From assembly GCA_963722655.1 (NCBI GenBank), contig CAVRNT010000002.1, positions 7,461 to 71,460 on the forward strand: a stretch of DNA of 64,000 bases. The letters are read 5' to 3'. Under the pieces are notes generated by a model. It searched no databases. It was not told where the DNA came from and saw nothing but the letters and a program-made list of their open reading frames with translations. The stretch is from an uncultured bacterium. Lineage in GTDB: Bacteria > Patescibacteriota > Minisyncoccia > UBA6257 > GWB1-50-10. This document shows, in pieces, positions 20,313 to 29,501 of the stretch (position 1 is the first letter of the stretch; each line of letters begins with the position of its first letter). The position numbers and the translations under genes are program-made.

Positions 20313-20803
20313 ATATGGAAAAGGCGGTCAAACAAATAGAAAAGATCGTGGTCAACGCCGGCATCGGCCGCTTGAGCGGCCAGCCGCAGTTCGAGGAGAA
20401 GCTCCTCCCGGCGGTCGTCGCCGACCTCGCCGCCGTGACCGGCCAAAAGCCGGCCTCGCGGGCGGCTAAGAAGTCCATCGCCTCCTTCAAGATGCGGGAA
20501 GGCCAGATCGTCGGTCTCGTCACCACCCTTCGCCGCCGCAAGATGACGGATTTTCTGACGCGCCTCGTTGGTTTGACGATGCCCCGCGTGAAGGACTTCC
20601 GTGGATTGGATTTGAAGAGCGTGGACGAGAGCGGCAATTTGAACGTCGGCTTCCGCGACCAAACTGTTTTCCCGGAGATTGATTCGGAAAAGACCAAGGT
20701 CAACTTCGGTCTGCAAGTGACCATCGTCCCGCGCATCAAAAACCGCGAGAAAGCGATTGCTTTGTATCGTTCCCTTGGGGTACCATTGAAACGCGAAAAA
20801 TAA
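20309..20803 (+). CDS. rplE: 50S ribosomal protein L5
   Basis: ATG 20309 ([20 protein letters not shown]) overlapping rplX stop; the ORF track extends to a TTG at 20285. Confidence 0.9.
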   Translation: MNMEKAVKQIEKIVVNAGIGRLSGQPQFEEKLLPAVVADLAAVTGQKPASRAAKKSIASFKMREGQIVGLVTTLRRRKMTDFLTRLVGLTMPRVKDFRGLDLKSVDESGNLNVGFRDQTVFPEIDSEKTKVNFGLQVTIVPRIKNREKAIALYRSLGVPLKREK

Positions 20804-20807
20804 CACC

Positions 20808-20993
20808 ATGGCCAAAACATCCGTCAAGGCGCGCGCCGCAAAAAAACCGAAATTTTCCACCCGGTCGGTCAACCGGTGTTTTCGGTGCGGCCGCAAGCGC
20901 GCTTATATGCGCGATTTCGGACTTTGCCGGATTTGCTTCCGCGAGCTCGCGAGCCGCGGCGAGATCCCGGGCGTGAAGAAAGCCAGCTGGTAA
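20808..20993 (+). CDS. rpsZ: 30S ribosomal protein S14, zinc-binding type Z
   Basis: 61 aa; [20 protein letters not shown] four-Cys motif. Confidence 0.9.
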   Translation: MAKTSVKARAAKKPKFSTRSVNRCFRCGRKRAYMRDFGLCRICFRELASRGEIPGVKKASW

Positions 20994-20997
20994 GAAA

Positions 20998-21369
20998 ATG
21001 TATATAGATCTACTCATAAAAATAAAAAACGCCCAGAAGGCCGGGCGCGACATCCTGAAGACCCGTTCCACCAAGATGGACAAAGCGGTGGCCGACCTTT
21101 TGGCCAAGCGCGGCTTCGTGAAGAGCGTTGAGGTCAAGGGCAAAACCTACAAGAAATATCTAGAGATCGACCTCAAGAGCGACCGGCTGATCTCGGGGGT
21201 GAAGTTCCTCAGCAAGCCATCCCTCCACCGCTACTCCGGCTACGCTACGATGAAGAAGGTGAAGGGCGGCTACGGTCTGCTCGTCGTCTCCACCCCGAAG
21301 GGGATCGTGAGCGGCGATGAGGCGAAGAAGCACAAGGTCGGCGGAGAACTCCTCTTGGAGGTTTGGTAA
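20998..21369 (+). CDS. rpsH: 30S ribosomal protein S8
   Basis: uS8 length and conserved C-terminus GYGLLVVSTPKGIVSGDEAKK..GGELLLEVW. Confidence 0.9.
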   Translation: MYIDLLIKIKNAQKAGRDILKTRSTKMDKAVADLLAKRGFVKSVEVKGKTYKKYLEIDLKSDRLISGVKFLSKPSLHRYSGYATMKKVKGGYGLLVVSTPKGIVSGDEAKKHKVGGELLLEVW

Positions 21370-21373
21370 AAAC

Positions 21374-21931
21374 ATGAGTAAGATCGGCAAACAACCAGTG
21401 AAGCTGCCCGTGGGCGTGAGCGCGACGCTCGACCACGACGTTTTGCATTTGAAGGGTGCGAAGGGAGAACTCGAGGTGAAGGTCCTCTCGGGCGTCAAAG
21501 CGAAGATCGAAGGCGACGCGGTCATCTTCGAGGCCGTGAGTTCGTCCAAGCAGGCGCGGAGCAATTGGGGAACGACCCGGGCGCTCGCGGCAAACGCCAT
21601 TCTCGGTCTCGCCCAGGGTTTCGAAAAGACGCTCATTCTAGAAGGTGTCGGCTACCGCGTGACCAAGGAAGGGGAGAATCTTTCGCTTGCCCTCGGCTTT
21701 TCCCATCCGATCAAATATCCGGCCCCAGCGGGCATCAGTTTCGAAGTGGAGAAGAATTCAATCTTGAAGATCAAGGGCTTGGACCGGCAGAAGGTCGGCC
21801 AGGTGGCCGCGGAGATCCGGGCGATGAAGAAGCCAGAGCCGTACAAAGGCAAGGGATTCCACTACGAGAGCGAAGTAGTCCGCCGCAAGGCCGGCAAGAA
21901 GGCCGCCGCAACGGCCGGCCCCGCCGTCTAA
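21374..21931 (+). CDS. rplF: 50S ribosomal protein L6 with Ala/Lys-rich C-terminal tail
   Basis: ATG 21374 ([19 protein letters not shown]); two uL6 alpha-beta domains. Confidence 0.9.
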   Translation: MSKIGKQPVKLPVGVSATLDHDVLHLKGAKGELEVKVLSGVKAKIEGDAVIFEAVSSSKQARSNWGTTRALAANAILGLAQGFEKTLILEGVGYRVTKEGENLSLALGFSHPIKYPAPAGISFEVEKNSILKIKGLDRQKVGQVAAEIRAMKKPEPYKGKGFHYESEVVRRKAGKKAAATAGPAV

Positions 21932-21935
21932 AAAC

Positions 21936-22298
21936 ATGCCAAAACAAGCTAAAAGATCCAATAAAGTGAAGTTACGCCGGGCAAAGCGTGTCCGGGCGCA
22001 CCTCAAAACCGGCGATCAAAAGCCGCGGCTTTCGGTTTTCCGGAGCGGCCGGCACATCTACGCCCAGATTATTGACGACGCGTCGGGCAAGACGCTGGTC
22101 TCGGTCTCTTCGCTTGCCATGAAACCCAAGGCCAAATCCAAGAAGACCGACATCGCGGCCCTCGTCGGCGCCGCGCTCGCCGAAAAGGCGAAACAGGCGA
22201 GCGTCGTGAGCGTCGTCTTCGACCGCGGTCGCTACGCCTATCATGGCCGGGTGAAGGCCTTAGCCGAAGCCGCGCGTGCCGGAGGACTTAAATTCTAA
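21936..22298 (+). CDS. rplR: 50S ribosomal protein L18
   Basis: [29 protein letters not shown]...[28 protein letters not shown]. Confidence 0.88.
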   Translation: MPKQAKRSNKVKLRRAKRVRAHLKTGDQKPRLSVFRSGRHIYAQIIDDASGKTLVSVSSLAMKPKAKSKKTDIAALVGAALAEKAKQASVVSVVFDRGRYAYHGRVKALAEAARAGGLKF

Positions 22299-22302
22299 AA
22301 AT

Positions 22303-22773
22303 ATGGCCAGACCGTACATGAAACCGAAGAAGGTCAGTGAATTCCAGGAAAAGGTCTTGGAGATCCGACGCGTCACCCGCGTCGTTGCCGGCGGCAAGCG
22401 CTTCAGCTTCCGGGCGACGGTCGTCTTGGGCGACGGCAAAGGCAAGGTGGGCGTGGGCGTCGCGAAGGGAATGGACGTGGCCGCATCCGTCGAGAAGGCC
22501 AAGCGGGCCGCTCAGCGGGAGATGTTCATCGTGCCCCTCAAGGACAATCGGACCATCCCGCACGACGTGGACGCCAAGTACAGCGCCGCCAAGGTGCGTT
22601 TGAAGCCGGCCCGGATAAACCACGGCCTCATCGCCGGCGGTTCCGTCCGCGCCGTCCTGGAGCTTGCGGGCGTGAAGGACATCTCGGCCAAGATCTTGGG
22701 CCGGACGACGAACAAGCTCACGAACGCCCTCGCGACCGTGGAAGCCCTCAAGAAATTAATGAAGGTCAAATAA
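22303..22773 (+). CDS. rpsE: 30S ribosomal protein S5
   Basis: ATG 22303 (MARPYMKPKK...); RVTRVVAGGKRFSFRATVVLGDGKGKVGVGVAKG; the next gene (rplO) starts 2 nt later with no L30 between them. Confidence 0.92.
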   Translation: MARPYMKPKKVSEFQEKVLEIRRVTRVVAGGKRFSFRATVVLGDGKGKVGVGVAKGMDVAASVEKAKRAAQREMFIVPLKDNRTIPHDVDAKYSAAKVRLKPARINHGLIAGGSVRAVLELAGVKDISAKILGRTTNKLTNALATVEALKKLMKVK

Positions 22774-22774
22774 T

Positions 22775-23194
22775 ATGCAGCTCAACGAATTAAAACCGGA
22801 TCACCCAAAGAGAAGGGAACTCCGCGTCGGCCGGGGAGGGAAGCGCGGCACGACCTCCGGTCGCGGCCAGAAAGGCCAGAAAGCCCGCTCTGGCCACCGT
22901 CTGCCCCGGACCGAGCGTGAGACGATTTTGAAGTTCCCGAAGGCCCGCGGTGTGAAGAATAAGCCGCTTTCCGCGCGGGCGACGATTATTCAGGTCTCGG
23001 CGCTGGGCGCTTTGGCCGTTGACGGCAAGCTCACGCGGGCGGTCCTCGCTGAAAAAGGCCTTATTGCGAACCCCCGCGCCAAGGTTAAAATATTGGGAGG
23101 CGGCAAGCTCATCTCCGCCGTCATCGTGCAGGGTGTGCCGGTCTCCGCTTCGGCCAGAAAGGCGATTGAAGCCGCCGGCGGGAAGGTGGAATAA
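22775..23194 (+). CDS. rplO: 50S ribosomal protein L15
   Basis: MQLNELKPDHPKRRELRVGRGGKRGTTSGRGQKGQKARSG. Confidence 0.88.
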   Translation: MQLNELKPDHPKRRELRVGRGGKRGTTSGRGQKGQKARSGHRLPRTERETILKFPKARGVKNKPLSARATIIQVSALGALAVDGKLTRAVLAEKGLIANPRAKVKILGGGKLISAVIVQGVPVSASARKAIEAAGGKVE

Positions 23195-24466
23195 ATGAAC
23201 AGGTTTTTGCAAATCTTCAAGATACCGGACCTCAGGAAGAAGATCCTAATGGTCCTCTTTTGGCTTTTGATCTTCCGGCTCCTCGCCGCGATCCCCACGC
23301 CGGGCATCAATGCTGCGGCCCTCCAGAACTTCTTGGGTTCCAACCAGCTCTTCGGCTTTTTGAACCTCTTCTCGGGCGGCGGGCTTTCCAACCTATCGAT
23401 AATGATGCTCGGCGTCGGGCCTTACATTACGGCGACCATCATCATGCAGCTCCTCACCATCGTCTTCCCGAACTTAAAGAAGATCTATTACGAGGAGGGC
23501 GCGGCCGGCCAGGCCAAGTTCAACCGCATCTCGCGGTACCTCACCGTCCCGCTCGCGATGCTCCAAGGCTACGGCTTTTTGAATCTCTTGATTTCTCAGA
23601 AGGTCCTCACGCCTCTCGCGCCTCTCCAGATGCTTACGAACGTCATCGTCATCACGGCCGGCAGCGTGCTCCTTACCTGGATCGGCGAGCTCATCACCGA
23701 ATACAAGATCGGGAACGGGGTCTCCTTGATCATCTTCGCCGGCATCGTGAGCCGCCTGCCCCAGACGGTCGCGAACGCCTTCGTGAACTACAGCCCGTCC
23801 ACCCTTCCGACCTATCTGGCCTTCGTCATCTTGGCCGTCATCGTGATCGCCGGCGTCGTCTTCGTGAACGAGGGCGAACGCAAGGTGCCGGTCTCGTACG
23901 CCAAGCAGGTCCGGGGGAACAAGCTCTACGGCGGCGTCTCGACCTATCTGCCGCTCCGGGTGAACCAGGCGGGCGTCATCCCCATCATCTTCGCCATCTC
24001 CTTGCTCCTTTTCCCGCAGTTCATCTCGCAGGCCATCACCATCGTTTCGCCGACGCTCGCGGCGAGCATGACCGCGTGGGTGAGCGGCTTTTTCGCCAAC
24101 ATTCCGATCTACAGTTTGGTCTATTTCATCCTCGTGGTGCTTTTCACCTATTTCTACACGGCCATTACCTTTGACCCGAACGAGATCTCGAAGAACCTCC
24201 AGCGGAGCGGGGGATTCGTGCCGGGCGTGCGCCCCGGCGAGTCCACGGCCTCGCTCATCACGCACATTATGCACCGCATCACGCTCTTCGGCGCGATCTT
24301 CCTTGGCATCGTGGCCATCTTGCCTAACCTGACCCAAATGGTGACGGGCATCCAAGCCCTGACCGTCGGCGGCACAGCGCTCCTCATCGTCGTCGCGGTC
24401 GCTTTGGAAGTGATGAAACAGATTGAGTCCCAGCTTACCGTCCGGGAATACGAGAACATAATCTAA
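23195..24466 (+). CDS. secY: Preprotein translocase SecY
   Basis: 10 TM helices; conserved LGVGPYITATIIMQLL and plug/hinge motifs. Confidence 0.95.
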   Translation: MNRFLQIFKIPDLRKKILMVLFWLLIFRLLAAIPTPGINAAALQNFLGSNQLFGFLNLFSGGGLSNLSIMMLGVGPYITATIIMQLLTIVFPNLKKIYYEEGAAGQAKFNRISRYLTVPLAMLQGYGFLNLLISQKVLTPLAPLQMLTNVIVITAGSVLLTWIGELITEYKIGNGVSLIIFAGIVSRLPQTVANAFVNYSPSTLPTYLAFVILAVIVIAGVVFVNEGERKVPVSYAKQVRGNKLYGGVSTYLPLRVNQAGVIPIIFAISLLLFPQFISQAITIVSPTLAASMTAWVSGFFANIPIYSLVYFILVVLFTYFYTAITFDPNEISKNLQRSGGFVPGVRPGESTASLITHIMHRITLFGAIFLGIVAILPNLTQMVTGIQALTVGGTALLIVVAVALEVMKQIESQLTVREYENII

Positions 24467-24532
24467 AACGGATACTGCCACAAAATATCGTGGCGGTTTT
24501 TTTGTCCCAAAAATCGTGCTATCATTACTTAG

Positions 24533-25216
24533 ATGCCTAAACAGGCCGTTATTGTTTTTGGCCCGCCGGGGGGCGGCAAAGGAACGCAGGCGGAACTTTT
24601 GGAAAAGAGACACAACTTTGTCCACTTCGACAGCGGGCGGTTCTTTGAGAACCTCTTCAAGTCGCCGGAGGCGAAAAAGGACCCGGTCCTGAAGCGCGAG
24701 AAGTGCCTCTTCGACACGGGAGAGCTGATGTCTCCGGCATTCGCCTTAAGGACCTCGACGGCAGCTGTGAAGCGCATCGGCCTCGCTGGCGATTCCATCG
24801 TCTTTAGCGGTTCGCCGCGCACGGAATACGAGGCCTTCGGCGACAAGAGACATCAAGGATTGCTCAAGACGATCGAAGGCGTCTACGGCAAAAAGAACGT
24901 TTCCATAGTAGAGCTCAAAGTGAAACCGAGGACGTCGCTCAAGAGGAACGGCGCCCGGCGCGTCTGCGGCTTTTGCGGTTTGCCGGTCCTCGCCTCGGCG
25001 AAGACAGCCATCTGTGCCTTCTGCGCCGGCAAGACCCGCCGCCGGACGCTCGACAAGCCTACGGTCATCAAGGAGCGCCTCAAGGAATACGCCCGGCGCA
25101 CCCAGCCGATGATCGCGCGGATGAGAAGGAATGGCTATAGGATAATCCCGGTGAACGGAGAATTACTGCCGTATAAAATATCTGAAGGTATTGCAAAAAA
25201 ACTCCATTTGGCATGA
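24533..25216 (+). CDS. adk: Adenylate kinase (divergent) with Cys4 zinc lid
   Basis: P-loop GPPGGGKGTQAE; lid CGFCG...CAFC; canonical position after secY; NMP-binding region atypical (FDSGR instead of ISTGD). Confidence 0.7.
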   Translation: MPKQAVIVFGPPGGGKGTQAELLEKRHNFVHFDSGRFFENLFKSPEAKKDPVLKREKCLFDTGELMSPAFALRTSTAAVKRIGLAGDSIVFSGSPRTEYEAFGDKRHQGLLKTIEGVYGKKNVSIVELKVKPRTSLKRNGARRVCGFCGLPVLASAKTAICAFCAGKTRRRTLDKPTVIKERLKEYARRTQPMIARMRRNGYRIIPVNGELLPYKISEGIAKKLHLA

Positions 25217-25974
25217 TGCGTCTTAAGAAGGAGAAAGACCTGGAAGGACTTAGAACTTCCGGAAACATTTTGGTGCAGATCCTCGTCGCCTTGCAGGAAA
25301 AGGCGGTTGTCGGCGTGAACTTGATGGAACTCGAGGAGACGGCCCGGAAGATGCTTAAGGGCGCCGGCGCCATCGCCGCCTTTTTGAACTACAAGCCGGA
25401 GGGCGCCTCGACGCCTTATCCGGCCGCCCTTTGCACCTCTTTGAATGACCAGATCGTCCACGGCCAGCCGCATGATCACGTCCTCAAAGACGGTGAACTG
25501 TTGAAGATCGATTTCGGCGTCGTTTACAAGGGTTACGTCACAGATGCCGCCGTCACGATTGGCCTCGGCAAAATAACGGAAGCGGCGAAGAAGCTTATTG
25601 CCGTGACGGAAGAATCGCTCAAAGAGGGGATCCGTGCCATAAAGAGCGGCGGCAGTTTAGGCGACATCGGCTATGCCATCGAATCCCACGTGGAGAAGAA
25701 CGGCTTGAGCGTCGTCCAAGGCCTCACTGGCCACGGCACGGGCTTCAAGCTCCACGAGGACCCGACGGTCTACAACTCCGGTAAGCGAGGTGAGGGAGTG
25801 AAGCTTCAGGAAGGCCTGGTCCTCGCGATCGAGCCGATGGTGAGCTTGGGCTCGCCGCAGATCAAGCAGGCCAAAGACGACAGCTACTTCACCGCGGACG
25901 GGAGCTTGAGCGCCCATTTCGAAAAGACCGTCGCCATCACGAAAAACGGCGTGGAGATTCTCACGCCGTTTTAA
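25213..25974 (+). CDS. map: Methionine aminopeptidase type I
   Basis: Metal ligands D..D (DFGVVYKGYVTDAA), H (GHGTG), E (EPM), and fold length 253 aa. Confidence 0.9.
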   Translation: MMRLKKEKDLEGLRTSGNILVQILVALQEKAVVGVNLMELEETARKMLKGAGAIAAFLNYKPEGASTPYPAALCTSLNDQIVHGQPHDHVLKDGELLKIDFGVVYKGYVTDAAVTIGLGKITEAAKKLIAVTEESLKEGIRAIKSGGSLGDIGYAIESHVEKNGLSVVQGLTGHGTGFKLHEDPTVYNSGKRGEGVKLQEGLVLAIEPMVSLGSPQIKQAKDDSYFTADGSLSAHFEKTVAITKNGVEILTPF

Positions 25975-28143
25975 CTATTTCTTTAGTTTGTGCGGGTTGT
26001 GGTTCGGACAGGCCTTATTGGAACATCTTTCCGGGATGGTCTTCGTTCCTCGCATCATCAGTGAGCCGCAAAGATGGCATTTATTGCCCGTCGGTTTGGA
26101 TTTCATTATGAACTTGCACTTGGGATAGTTGGAGCAGCTGAAGAAAGGCCCGAAGCGGCCGTGGCGCTCCACGATCTCACCGCCGTCCAACGGGCATTTC
26201 ACCCCGGTCCCGTTCAAATTATTGCCGTTCTCGCTCTGCTTGATGTATTTGCACTTCGGATAACGCGAGCAGGCGATGAACTTGCCGAAACGGCCCTCCT
26301 TCTCGACGAGTTTGCCGATCTTGCACTCGGGGCAGGTTTCGCCCGTTTCCTTAGGCGGTTCCATCACCGAGCCGTCGATCTTTCGCGCTCCGAGGCAGTC
26401 GGGGAAGAGCCGGCAGCTCAAGAAGCGGCCGGAACGGGAAAGTTTGATGAGCATCGGACCGTGGCTCGGGTCCAAGGGGCAGAGGAAGCGCGCGTCCTCG
26501 CCCAAGGTCGTCGCTTTTTCCAGTTTGTCCTTCGCCTTAACGTCCTTGGAAAAGGGGCCGTAGAAACCCTTCAAGGTCTTTTCATAATCGCGCTTGCCTT
26601 CGGCAATCTCGTCCAGGTCGTTCTCCATCTCGGCGGTGAAGGAATCGCTCACGTAAGTTGGGAAATTCTTCTCCAAGAACGACGAGACGACGTCACCCGT
26701 GTCCGTGGGCTGAAGGGCTTTGCCGTTCTTCTCGACGTAGCCGCGCTTGAGGAGCGTCGCAATTATCGTGGCGTAGGTCGAAGGCCGGCCGATTTCGCGC
26801 TTCTCGAGCTCGCGGACCAAGCCCGCCTCGGTGTAGCGCGGCGGCGGCTCGGTCTGCTTCTCCTCGCTCGCAATCTCCTTCAATTTCAGCACTTCACCCT
26901 CTTTGACCGGCGGCAGTTCTTTTTCCTCTCCCCGGGAACGGGGATCACCCAAGAGCCAGCCGGGGAAGGAAATCACGCTCCCGGTCGCCGTGAAGTTCGG
27001 TATTTTAGCGCCGTCGATGTTAGTGCTGACCGTCGTCCGGGCCATCTCGGCGTCCATCATCTGGCTCGCGAGCGTCCGCTCGCGGATCAGAACGTAGAGT
27101 TTTCTCTGTTCCTCGGTCGTGCCGGCGTACTTTTTAGATACCTGCGTTGGCCGGATGGCCTCGTGGGCCTCTTGGGCCGTCTTGCTCTTCGTCATAAAGA
27201 CCCGGGGCTGAACGTACTCCTTGCCGAACTCTTTCTCCACTTGGAAGAGGATGGCCGGCAAGAGCTCCTTGCTGATCGCGACGCTATCGGTCCTCATATA
27301 GGTGATGAGGCCTTGCTCGTAGAGCTTTTGGGCGATGCCCATCGTACGGGAAGGGGAGAAACCCAGACGCGACGAAGCGGACTGCTGGAGGGTGGAGGTA
27401 GTGAAGGGCGGGCGCGGCGAGCGCTTGACCTTCGTCTGCTTGACCTCCAAGATGCTCCACCGGCCGCTTTTCGCCTCGGCGATGATCCTCTCAGCCTCGT
27501 TCTTTTCTTTGGGCTGTTCGACGCAAACGAGGCGCAACTCGCCTTCTTCAGCGGCGAAATCGCCCTCCAAGACGTAGAACGTCTCGGGCTTGAAGGCCCG
27601 GATCTCGCGCTCCCGCTCGACGAGGATGCGCAGGGCGGGAGATTGGACGCGCCCGGCCGATAATCCGTAGCGCACCTTCTTCCAAATGAGGCCGGAAAGG
27701 TCGTAGCCGAAGAGCCGGTCCAGGACGCGACGGGCCTCCTGGGCCTTCAAGAGATTCTGGTCGATCGGCCGGGGATGCTCCATCGCCTCCTTGATGGCCG
27801 GTTCGGTGATCTCGTGGAAGGCAATCCGGTCGGCGTTCTTTTCGTCCAGGCCGATTGTCTCCGCGATGTGCCAAGCGATGGCTTCGCCCTCGCGGTCCGG
27901 ATCGGTCGCAAGATAGACCCTGTCCGCCTTACCCGCGAGCTTTTTGAGCTCGGCCACGACGTGCTCCTTACCCTTGACGATCTCGTAGGTCGGCTTGAAG
28001 CCGGCCGCGACGTCGATGGCCTTCTTGTTGCTCTTGGGGAGGTCGCGAATATGGCCGACGCTCGCCCGGATCTCGAATGATGGGTCCAGGTATTTGGAGA
28101 TCGTCTTGGCCTTGGTCGGCGACTCAACAATGACTAAATTCAT
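25975..28143 (-). CDS. topA: DNA topoisomerase I with C-terminal zinc-ribbon repeats
   Basis: TOPRIM N-terminus MNLVIVESPTKAKTISKYL, catalytic Tyr region ITYMRTDS, multiple C4 ribbons (CPECKIG...CSRYPKC etc.). Confidence 0.93.
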   Translation of the reverse strand: MNLVIVESPTKAKTISKYLDPSFEIRASVGHIRDLPKSNKKAIDVAAGFKPTYEIVKGKEHVVAELKKLAGKADRVYLATDPDREGEAIAWHIAETIGLDEKNADRIAFHEITEPAIKEAMEHPRPIDQNLLKAQEARRVLDRLFGYDLSGLIWKKVRYGLSAGRVQSPALRILVEREREIRAFKPETFYVLEGDFAAEEGELRLVCVEQPKEKNEAERIIAEAKSGRWSILEVKQTKVKRSPRPPFTTSTLQQSASSRLGFSPSRTMGIAQKLYEQGLITYMRTDSVAISKELLPAILFQVEKEFGKEYVQPRVFMTKSKTAQEAHEAIRPTQVSKKYAGTTEEQRKLYVLIRERTLASQMMDAEMARTTVSTNIDGAKIPNFTATGSVISFPGWLLGDPRSRGEEKELPPVKEGEVLKLKEIASEEKQTEPPPRYTEAGLVRELEKREIGRPSTYATIIATLLKRGYVEKNGKALQPTDTGDVVSSFLEKNFPTYVSDSFTAEMENDLDEIAEGKRDYEKTLKGFYGPFSKDVKAKDKLEKATTLGEDARFLCPLDPSHGPMLIKLSRSGRFLSCRLFPDCLGARKIDGSVMEPPKETGETCPECKIGKLVEKEGRFGKFIACSRYPKCKYIKQSENGNNLNGTGVKCPLDGGEIVERHGRFGPFFSCSNYPKCKFIMKSKPTGNKCHLCGSLMMRGTKTIPERCSNKACPNHNPHKLKK

Positions 28144-28146
28144 TTT

Positions 28147-28484
28147 TTATTTTCGTTTTAACAAGTACCGACCATGATCCTCAATCACCAAACCGCGCAG
28201 GATGAGGTACGTCGGGTATTCGGACACTACTATATGGGTCTCAAGATTAACCATCCGCGAGAGGTTGTCAAACGCGAGGGGTCCGGCGCTCCCCGTGAGC
28301 GCTTGGAGGATGGCTCGGTCAACGTCGTCATTTTCCTCGCCGATGCTTGAGGCGGCCGACCGGGAAAGGGCGAGACCGTAGTCCGCGGCGCCTCGCCGAG
28401 GCAAAATAGGGCAGCGGGCAGATCCTTCGTCTGCCGCAAGAGTTCGGGATACCCTTCGTCGCCGAGCGCGATCTCGCTCATCAT
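28147..28484 (-). pseudogene. dprA: Degenerate dprA (smf): N-terminal Rossmann start and C-terminal winged helix joined by frameshift, core deleted
   Basis: Frame A 28389-28484: MMSEIALGDEGYPELLRQTKDLPAALFCLGEAPRT (DprA YPxLL...DPPxxLFxxG motif); frame B 28147-28404: DDVDRAILQALTGSAGPLAFDNLSRMVNLETHIVVSEYPTYLILRGLVIEDHGRYLLKRK (DprA C-terminal WH); total about 115 aa versus about 360 expected; conserved dprA-topA adjacency. Confidence 0.6.
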
Positions 28485-28527
28485 CCCTTCATTATATATG
28501 AGCCGTCGGTTATAATAGAGGAAAGAG

Positions 28528-29052
28528 ATGGACCACTTCAAAAAGCGGCTGATCGTCGAGCTCATCGTCGCGGTCATCATCATTGCGGCTCTTTTCGCTG
28601 GCATCTTCTTCTTCAAGGGCAATGTCGATGATTACATCGGCCGGATCGCCCAAGCCCGGGCGCTCCTCACGAGCCGCACCCAAGCCGCGAACAACCTCGC
28701 TCTTCTTGAGAGGCAGTACAACGGCGAGGTCGTCGGCGATCTGAACGAGCTTTACAACATCGTCCCGACCTACGACAGCTTAATTAACTTGAACGCCGAA
28801 CTGCAGTCGATGGCTGTACCCTACAAGCTCGGCTACGGCTTTTCCTTCGCCGGCCAGAACCCCCCGAGCGGGGACAATCTGGGCAGTTTGGGATATAACC
28901 TCACGGTGACCTCCGGCAACATCAACGATCTCCTCTCTTTCCTCAAAGCGCTGACCAATTTCCACGACTTGGGCTCGGTCGACAACGTTTCCGTCCATAC
29001 TTCGAGCGGCCAGTTGAACCTCGCCGTGAACGGTCACATCTTCTATCGCTGA
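28528..29052 (+). CDS. Membrane-anchored periplasmic protein, PilO-like architecture (hypothetical)
   Basis: Single N-terminal TM (LIVELIVAVIIIAALFAGIFFF), coiled-coil then beta domain; reminiscent of type IV pilus assembly PilO, not confirmable without search. Confidence 0.4.
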   Translation: MDHFKKRLIVELIVAVIIIAALFAGIFFFKGNVDDYIGRIAQARALLTSRTQAANNLALLERQYNGEVVGDLNELYNIVPTYDSLINLNAELQSMAVPYKLGYGFSFAGQNPPSGDNLGSLGYNLTVTSGNINDLLSFLKALTNFHDLGSVDNVSVHTSSGQLNLAVNGHIFYR

Positions 29053-29058
29053 ACCATA

Positions 29059-29271
29059 ATGGCCAAGGTCTTCAAGAAATTCAAAAAGTTTGGACAATAT
29101 TGGTTCTTCGCCTTGGCGGTCGTGCTCGTCATTCTCGTCGGGCTTTTCGTCATCTGGAGCGTGGTCTATTTAGGCGAGAGCTTCAACGAGGCCCTCGCGG
29201 TCTCGACCGCGCCGCCGCCCCAGCTTCAATTTGACATCCAGGGTTTCCAAAAACTAAACTTGAACCAGTAA
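29059..29271 (+). CDS. Small single-pass membrane protein (70 aa)
   Basis: TM helix YWFFALAVVLVILVGLFVIWSVVYL. Confidence 0.35.
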   Translation: MAKVFKKFKKFGQYWFFALAVVLVILVGLFVIWSVVYLGESFNEALAVSTAPPPQLQFDIQGFQKLNLNQ

Positions 29272-29276
29272 CGAAG

Positions 29277-29351
29277 GGGCGTGTAGTTCAGTGGTAGAAC
29301 GCTGTCCTGATAAGACAGAGGTCCCAGGTTCGATCCCTGGCACGCCCACCA
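29277..29351 (+). tRNA. tRNA-Ile (anticodon GAT), CCA encoded
   Basis: Acceptor GGGCGTG/CACGCCC, anticodon stem CTGTC/GACAG loop CTGATAA, T-arm CCAGG-TTCGATC-CCTGG, 3' ACCA. Confidence 0.85.
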
Positions 29352-29373
29352 GCTCTTTTCGTTCCTAGCTGTT

Positions 29374-29446
29374 GGGCCGTTAGCTTAGCTGGTAGAGCAC
29401 CTCATTTGCAATGAGGAGGTCAGCGGTTCGACTCCGCTACGGTCCA
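29374..29446 (+). tRNA. tRNA-Ala (anticodon TGC)
   Basis: Acceptor GGGCCGT/ACGGTCC with G3:U70 alanine identity pair, anticodon loop TTTGCAA, T-arm AGCGG-TTCGACT-CCGCT. Confidence 0.85.
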
Positions 29447-29501
29447 CAAATAAGATACCCCGCCAATAGTGCGAGATATCTTACTTTTACGATATTTCTT
29501 T

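Noticed and set aside
23474-24625. 383-aa minus-strand ORF opposite secY
   Set aside because: Shadow ORF; secY on the plus strand is unambiguous.
26074-27663. 529-aa plus-strand ORF opposite topA
   Set aside because: Antisense to topA, whose N-terminal TOPRIM and Zn ribbons are on the minus strand; translation is Arg/Leu/Ala-rich and featureless.
28528-29052. Calling the 174-aa protein PilO
   Set aside because: Architecture (N-terminal TM, coiled coil, beta domain) is compatible, but no diagnostic residues were seen and no other pilus genes are adjacent; kept as hypothetical with a note.
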